In this document: piece after piece, positions 56,096 through 64,000 of the stretch
Layout: every line of letters starts with the position of its first letter
How positions within the stretch are numbered: the stretch's first letter is position 1
Origin: Octopus vulgaris
Lineage: Eukaryota
Length of the DNA: 64,000 bases
Reading direction: 5' to 3'
NCBI GenBank assembly: GCA_951406725.2
Contig: OX597818.1
Coordinates: forward strand, 73,656,001 to 73,720,000
The notes under the pieces: generated by a model
What the model saw: the letters and a program-made list of their open reading frames with translations, nothing else
What the model was told of the DNA's origin: nothing
The model's database searches: none
Position numbers and translations under genes: made by a program

Positions 56096-57124
56096 TGCAG
56101 TTTGCACAGATACTTTATCTATTCGTACGGAGGAAAACTGTGTATGTATGTATGTATATATATATATATATATGTGGGGGGCTGTACATATATTGTGTGT
56201 GTGTGTGTTTGTGTGTGTGTATTTATGTATGTATGCATGTATATAGGCATGAATGCATGTATGTATGTGTCTATGTTTGTATATATACACAAACAGACAT
56301 AGTAAGTAATGTATATGCGCTGTATTACATACACAGATGCATACACACACATATATAAGTATATATATATATATATATATATATATACGTGTGTGTGTGT
56401 ATATAAATATATGTGCGTTTATGTATACACATATATTTTATGCATGTATGTATGTGTGTATGAATATAAATTTGTGAGTGTGCCTCCAAACATATTCGCA
56501 TCTATGTGCAAATAGTGTTGGAAAGACAGGAAGAAAAAGAGAGAGTGGCAGGAAGCGCAGGAGAAAATATGGATAAATATATCTATATCTATATACATAC
56601 ACTTATCTTTATTGTTCATGTTTTGTCATTTACAACTAAATGTCTAAATACTTAATCTCGCAAAAAATATATAAACGAGAAAGTAAAAATCCCTCTTAAT
56701 CTCCAAAAGGATTATTCTCTACTTTGTTGTTTTTTATTTGTAATGGACTAAACCGTAGTATATCACTAAGCCGTGTGTGGTTTATTTGTTTTCTCAAAAA
56801 TATACACACATCGTAAGAACTTCAAACACGCTGCGTTGTCTTCCACTGTAATATATGGTTTGTAGATAATTAAGTGTCGTGTTAGATTAATTTGTTACAA
56901 AGCAAGTCAGAGGGAATAAAAATGTTACACAGAATAGAAAGTTTATATTCGTCTGTCAATGTGTTGATACGTGACCCTCACTCTACATCTGAAATCCTGA
57001 ATCTCGTCTTTCCAAGATACCAGCCATATGAACATTAAGTAAGCCTATGTTAATCTACTTCTTGCAGAGAATATCAAAATATGTTTGGTAATTAAAAACT
57101 TCGGGCGTTGTGCCTGCAGAAGAA

Positions 57125-57330
57125 AAGAATTGTTAGCACACCGGAAAAGGTGCTTAGTGGCATTTCGTCCGTCTTCATATTCTGAGCTTAAATTTCGCCA
57201 ATTCGACTTTGCCATTCATATATATTTGGGGGCTCGATAAAATTAAGTACAAGTTGAACACTGGAGTCAATGTAATCGACTTAGCTCCTTCTTCGAATTT
57301 GCTACTCTTGTACCAAATCTTGAAACCAAT
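57125..57330 (+). mobile_element. Meta-domain-like SINE, degenerate (further copies at 58441-58562 and 60485-60695, both minus)
   Basis: TCGACTTTGCC..CGATAAAATTAAGTAC..GTAATCGACTT core shared with 39359-39596. Confidence 0.75.
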
Positions 57331-57344
57331 GTATATATATACAT

Positions 57345-57417
<73 letters not shown>

Positions 57418-57419
57418 CG

Positions 57420-57450
<31 letters not shown>

Positions 57451-58036
57451 GTATATATATATATTTATATATATATTACGCTAAGTCTCTTCCCAGAATG
57501 AATTGGTCGGTTTTGCTATAGCATCTATCATACTACTCTACTAAGACCACACGCAAATCTCTCACAAAACATACCCTCCTGTCTCACACGAAGAATCCAT
57601 TCAATTATACTTCAGTAGTTTCTCTACGTTTGAAAATTTAAGGAAAAAAACTATTACCGTGTTTTTAAAGCGGCATATTTTTGTTCATTGTTCTTGACAA
57701 TGTAGATGTCTCAGTCAGTCGAGAGTTCACCAGTGGAATTCAAAAATATAATCATAACACCATTTTCATAATAAATATAGTTGTGTTTTCTCTGTTAATA
57801 CATTATTACATGTTATCTATGTAAATTAACACAATTAAATTGCACGCGCACGCACACGCACCACACGCACACACACACACAGACACACACACACACACTC
57901 ACAAGCATTTGTATGTGTGTGTATTTATATAATATAGTATACTGATAAACTTACTTGGAAATAGATGCCTGGCGTTCAATCATATAATAATATGTATATA
58001 TATATATATACATATATATCTACATATATATATCCA

Positions 58037-58067
<31 letters not shown>

Positions 58068-58112
58068 TGAATATATACATATATATATGTACAAACATAC
58101 ATATATGTATAA

Positions 58113-58166
<54 letters not shown>

Positions 58167-58178
58167 TATATATATCCA

Positions 58179-58209
<31 letters not shown>

Positions 58210-58244
58210 GAATATATACATATATATATGTACAAACATACATA

Positions 58245-58293
<49 letters not shown>

Positions 58294-58391
58294 GTGTGTG
58301 TGTGTATCCATCTATCGCATGTATAGTATTTATATATGCAATATATGTATATATATATATATAATATATTTACATAATATTTATATATTTG

Positions 58392-58444
<53 letters not shown>

Positions 58445-61400
58445 TATCCTACTCAAGGCACAAGGCCCGAAACTTTTGGGCGAGGGACCAGTCGAGTAGA
58501 TCGATCCTAACTTGTACTTGATTTGTCGACCCCGAAAGGATGAAAGCAAAATTCGACCCGGCTGATATATAATCGTGTAGATATGAGTATGTTCGTATAT
58601 ATGGAAGTGACTCTAACAAAGGTCCTCTGTTTTCCTTGAAATTAACTTATTTAGAAAACCAGTTACTCTTACGAAAGAACAAGAAATGCACCACAGTTTT
58701 ACTCCATCTGCAGGAAATACCAACCAAATCTTTACATTGCTCTGTAGCCTTAAGAAGAGGAGCTAATAATTGGTTGAAGTGACCTTTGTCACATCTGTGT
58801 GTGAATTTAAGTTGACTACAGCTACAATGTATTATTTCAACATATATCTTCTTGACAAGAACTGACCTGGTGCCAAACAACAACAAAGACATTAATCTAA
58901 TTTTGCCAAGAGTCATTCTTTTTTATTCCTCTCCTGCTCTTATCTTCCATCTAACTCTTAATCTCGCAGCCCACTAGTTATTTGTCCATTCTTTATTCTG
59001 TATTAAACTTCTCAACTTACATTCCTATGAAAACATTTGTCATATTCAGTGACTTGACATCACAGAAATCCTCAGGGCGTTTACCCTCCAAATATCCATT
59101 CTTCAAACATGCTGACTATGTAAATAGGACTCCTGCTGTTCAAGCTATTGTATTTGCTACCTGTTTTAATTCTAAATCCATGCTACGTACACAAAAAGCT
59201 TCTAACTGTCACATTTACGACTTCATCAGACACTGCCAAAACCAACACACAATAGTGGCGCGCTGATACATAAACAGTATAATAATTCAAATCTGAAGAT
59301 CTTCTAACAGTGTCTTTTTCATGTTGTTCCATCTGTTATTGTTGAGCTCCAACTAACCATGATCAAATCATTCAGGCCATGACAACTTTTTGTTTTTCTT
59401 AGTATTCATGAAATCAATGATTATATTATCTAACATGATCTTTGCTTAGACCCAATTGACCAGGAGCACCACCAGATATAGGGATCTCATAGAGACCCAT
59501 TTTTATGGGGTTCAGATTATTATTTTAATGGTTTATCCTGAAGTAAGATGACTCCGATGGTTTGCAGAAATCCTCCAATATTATAAATAGCAGTAATCGC
59601 ATATATATAAAAAAAAATTCTTTACATTGATAAAAGACCACAGATTTTAAATTTGGATATAGTCAAGTACATCTAATCAAGTGCTACAATGATGGGGCTG
59701 GATCCTAGAAGAAACTACGTAATTACAAAGGAAGTCATTTTTTATAACCCTACACAACAAGCTTCGCCCTAAGTATTAATATTTGCTTGCCTTAATGCAA
59801 GATTATTTGGATGCAACTTTTCGGAACAAAAAGTTATAGAAAAACTGAAGGAAAAAATGAAGCATATAATCGATGTGAAAGAAGGATTATGTTTTAAAAT
59901 GGATCGAAGTCAGCTATGGCGGCCAGTGGCATCATCCAAATAATAGAAAGATCTTAATCAAATTTTCAGAAAGCAGTGTTATTAAATTATAATGTAAGGA
60001 AATTGATTTGTTCAGAAATCACGAATTCAATATATACAAGTTTTATTAGTGGAGTGTGTTAACTTTGTTATTTGTAAATTTGCAATTAGTTTCATTTCTT
60101 CCATAGAAGCATATTAGTTGTTGCCGTCAGATGTTAATTATTGCTGGTGTTTTAATTATGAAAAAGGGGTTTGATTATAAAGAACGGAACCAAGCAAACA
60201 TTATACAAGCGATAACACACCAAACATGTCCATTGATTAGATTACTTCAGATATGGTTATTGATTATTGAACAATAAATTGTTAAAGAAAAATCCTGATT
60301 TATCTCAGATAAGGTATCTTAAATCCTACCTTTAGAAGTAGTCAGTGTTAGTTTCGCTGTTGCTGTTTCTGCTGATGCCTCCGCTACTGTTTTTATTTCC
60401 TAGCCATTTCCGATCAAGTAAACTTGTGGTCAGAGCCTTCTAGCCATAACTTAATGTTAGACATTATACCCATGATTATCTGTTTTTCTAATACGTGGCC
60501 AGCAATTTTATGGGGAAGTTTTAGTAAATATTATGGATACCAGTACTTAGCTGGTACTTCATTTTATCAACAACGGAGAGATGACATCCTATGTAAATGT
60601 AGACTGTATTTGAACTCGAAACGCAAAGAATCAGAACAAATATCGCAAAATATCCCGTCCTGATACTCTGACGTTTCTGAAACATGCTGCCTTATATCCA
60701 AAACTTTTTAGGTAATGTGTAAAGAGAATAAAATTGTCATTTTTTATTGTTCATGTGACCATCAGTATCGTTTATGAGGATTCATTAGAAACAGTTATAC
60801 AGTGATAGTACTCTACGAATAAGAAAAAATAAAGCAGTAAGTAAAGAAGAGACATTAATTATTGATCTTTATTTAAATAAAATGCGGTTGTCATAAGATT
60901 ATATCCAAAATAAATAAACCAGATAAAATGGATCTGAGGCAGTAGAATGAAATGAAACCTCACTCAGCAACATAATACATTGACTGCAATGGATATTAAT
61001 TAACCTATGATGCTAATTATCCTAAACATAATCAATTTGCTAATTTAACCAATAAAACAACTGTTACAATCGGTCGTTATTTAAGTTATAATGGTAACCG
61101 TTTTCATCCTTTCTTAGATAGTTATGTCGTCAACAGTAAACATTAAACAATGAAATATCTGAATGCAATTCGTTTCAAAGAATACTTCCCGACCTTCTTT
61201 ACTACTTTGCAATAATAATATATATAAAAAAAGGGAGAGACGACGTAGTTTTCTTTCACGAATGAGCGTTTTTCTAATTATGTTGATTAGATTTTCAATC
61301 ACAAACCAAATGTTAAGATTGTTTTCTACTTTTATATATTTCTTTATTTTTTCAACGTATTTAGGAGTTTATTTGTTCCTATTATCGCAAAACTATCTTA

Positions 61401-61891
61401 AATAAACGAATGTTTTCTAAAGCAGTTTTCCTGAAGTTATCTTCAATCTCCTTCGCAATTTCTCATCCGCCAATACATACCTGCTTCAACAAAAACATAG
61501 ACACGCACACACACACATACACACATAAGCGCTTATATATATGTTTCTTATTTACTGTTTTGAATTCTATTTTCAATTTTGTTGTTATTGTTATGTGTTT
61601 TTAAATATCTATTCATTTCGTTCTGTAAACAATACAAATGTTATTTTGAGAAAAGAAAGAAGACAAAACTACGGGAAATGAGAGAAAAGAAGTACAACGG
61701 AAAAATCAAAATACCTCTTCAACGTTTCCATAGTAATTACTTTTTTTTATTCTTTTATTTATAGATTTATTTGCTATTTAAGTCAAAGCTTTATTTGTTA
61801 CTCAAATTACACCAGAGAAAAAAATGTTAGAAATGGAAAGGATGACAATAAGGATAGCATGAACATGGTGGCGGTAGTGGCGGTGATGGTG

Positions 61892-61966
<75 letters not shown>

Positions 61967-61968
<2 letters not shown>

Positions 61969-64000
61969 ATGTTTGACTTTTACTTTGTATTTATACAAGT
62001 TGACTGCAAGTCTCACCTAGAAACCTTAAGAGACAAGTTAGAAGTTCAAGTATTATGCCTAGGGTGTTATATATTTGATTTTTCACATAGCATTGTTCTA
62101 GAGAATGTTTAAGAAAACAGAAAATTATAAGTCTGCTTTAAAATTTGAGATTACATAGACAGTATTTTAAGAAGGATATGGGCAGTTCCCATTAGCTCTA
62201 TCTTTTGAATTTCTGCCATTTTGGGGTTTCCTGGTATCTGAGCTAGGAAGAAATCAGCCCCTTTTGCTATCATTCCGAGGGCACCTATGACAACACGTAT
62301 TGTTTTAATCTTCAGGCTCCAATTTTTCTTTGAAGATCTTTATAATTGCTCAGTTTTTTTGTAGGCCTTGACAGATACATTTATGTCGATTGGGACAGTC
62401 GTCTCGATGAAGAAACATGATTTTCTGTTCAAGTTTTTCAATATACTATCTGACATCTATGTTCTGTCAATTTGTGACGGTGAAGTTCCAGAGGAGCGCG
62501 ATGCAGTTATTTCAAGTACTGGAGGGGGCTAGTGTTCCCACCAGTATTTATCATGGGGCAGGTCTAGGTTTTTGCAAATTACCCAGTGAATATACTGTGC
62601 TGTTCTATCATGCCTGTTGAGATACTCTGTAGGCGCTAGAAGACTACACGTGGAGACAACATGATCAGTGGTTTCATTTTGTTGTTGACATACATGACAT
62701 GTTGGACTACTGGCGTCCTTTAATATGTTGGCCTGATAGTTCCTTGTAGGTAGGCATTGATATTGGGCTGCGATGATAAACCCTTCTGTTTCTGATTTTA
62801 AGCCAGAAGTCACTAAACATTGATGGGTAAGGGCTTTGTCAAAATCAGCATTATTAGCTCTCTTTGGGTATTTGCCACTGAGTGGTTTATCTTGCCATTT
62901 ATCAGTAAGAATATCTAAAGCAGCAGTTTTAGCACAGATTGTCATGCTTTCTAGTACGTCTAATTCTGGAATTTGTCGTATTTGAAATTCACTTAGATAT
63001 TCCTTTGCCTGTTTGATTACTGAGTACGATGCTTTCTTGTTTTCATGCTTTGAGACAAGTTTTAACATGCAGTCATCAGAGTTTTTCAGGTAGGTGCCTA
63101 GGCCAATTGTGGCAATCTTCATTGTTAATTCTAGTTGTAAATGTCCACGGCCGCCTTCTTTTCTTGGGAGATAAAGTCGGTCTACATCTGCAATAGGGTG
63201 CTGCATTCAGTGCATTAGCAACAATGTGCGTATATTTGAACAGCTAATGATATTGAAACTTTAAGGCACGACCGGCATGGCTAAAGTATTGATCGTTTCG
63301 ATCCTGTTCCTTGCATTCAGCTTTGGCTTGAGAATTGCCCTTACCCTGCGATAATATTCTCTTCTGATCTTTTTCCTCATCACTGAATTCTGATTTCGTC
63401 CCCTTCAAATGTCCTTAGATATTTGTAGCTCTCTGCTGGTTCAAACTCCTTTATGACATTCTGATGGTCAAAATTAACGTTGAATGTTTCTGTCATTTTT
63501 TTCCTTTGATGGAGGTAGTTTTTGCACATTTATCAAGGCCAAATTGCATCCTGATGTCATCAATGAATTGTTTAGCAATCGCTAGTAAGCCGTGTTGTTT
63601 TAAGAATTGCTTGTAAGCTCTCTTGGTTTAGCAATTGCTAGTAAACCCTGTTGGTCACTTTTTTGGAAAGAGCTTTAAATCATCCAGGTAGAAGAGATTA
63701 TTAATATTTTTTTCAAACATTTTATAGCCATATTGTACATCTTTGTGCAGTTTTAAAAGTGGTATCAAGGCTAGACAAAAGAGGAGTGCTGATAGAGAGG
63801 CACCCTGGAAAATGCCACATTAAATTATTACGTCTCCAGCATTAAGCGTTTCATTGTCACTGTTCAATGTCAGTGTGGTTCTCCATGATCTCTTACTTTT
63901 AGACAAGAACTTTCGAGTGGGTGCTATTTTGCACATTTCCAGATATTTCTTAATCCAGATATGTGGTAAACTGTCAAAATGATTTTTATAGTCTACCCAG
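61967..64000 (-). pseudogene. R4/Dong-clade non-LTR retrotransposon (RT, CCHC finger, restriction-like endonuclease), disrupted; continues past the window edge
   Basis: GIFQG.SLS.LLF, FYLDDLK, HPIADVDRLYLPRKEGGRG, ETEGFIIAAQ, CHVC..ETTDHVVSTC, RHDR, MTVP.D..K..NYKDL, QKI.LMGTAHIL; 3' end abuts (TAA)n at 61891-61966. Confidence 0.92.

Noticed and set aside
57990-58300. Higher-order ~145 bp repeat within a TA tract
   Set aside because: Ordinary microsatellite-derived duplication; may also be an assembly artefact
58620-59240. Possible very old RTE LINE or host exon
   Set aside because: Only faint motif resemblance and stops in all frames; cannot be supported by eye

Overview
AT-rich eukaryotic (metazoan) non-coding DNA, most likely octopus/cephalopod. 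The organism call is an inference from abundant tRNA-derived SINEs resembling the octopus OK/OR families and extreme TA/CA/TATG/TAGA/AAT microsatellite density. I found no intact host gene, rRNA, true tRNA or CRISPR array; nearly all ORFs in the track are microsatellite read-throughs. The window is mostly decayed transposons. Retroelements: Penelope-like (PLE) RT and GIY-YIG remnants, R4/Dong-type LINEs in (TAA)n, a CR1-group LINE 3' end, an RTE tail, an ORF1-only zinc-knuckle element and three SINE groups. DNA elements: a Chapaev3-like transposase pseudogene, a mariner, a piggyBac derivative inside a SINE, MITEs and several non-autonomous Helitrons. The most interesting signal is a set of about 10 minimal type I hammerhead-ribozyme motifs (one with an intact core at 16585-16642, minus strand). 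Most lie 30-200 nt upstream of a junction with a dinucleotide, mainly (TA)n, tract. Related asymmetric fold-back units (microsatellite-extension-arm-spacer-arm-microsatellite) suggest a microsatellite-targeted, ribozyme-carrying, PLE-derived non-autonomous retroelement system. All alignments and folds were done by eye; boundaries are approximate unless TSDs or TIRs are quoted.
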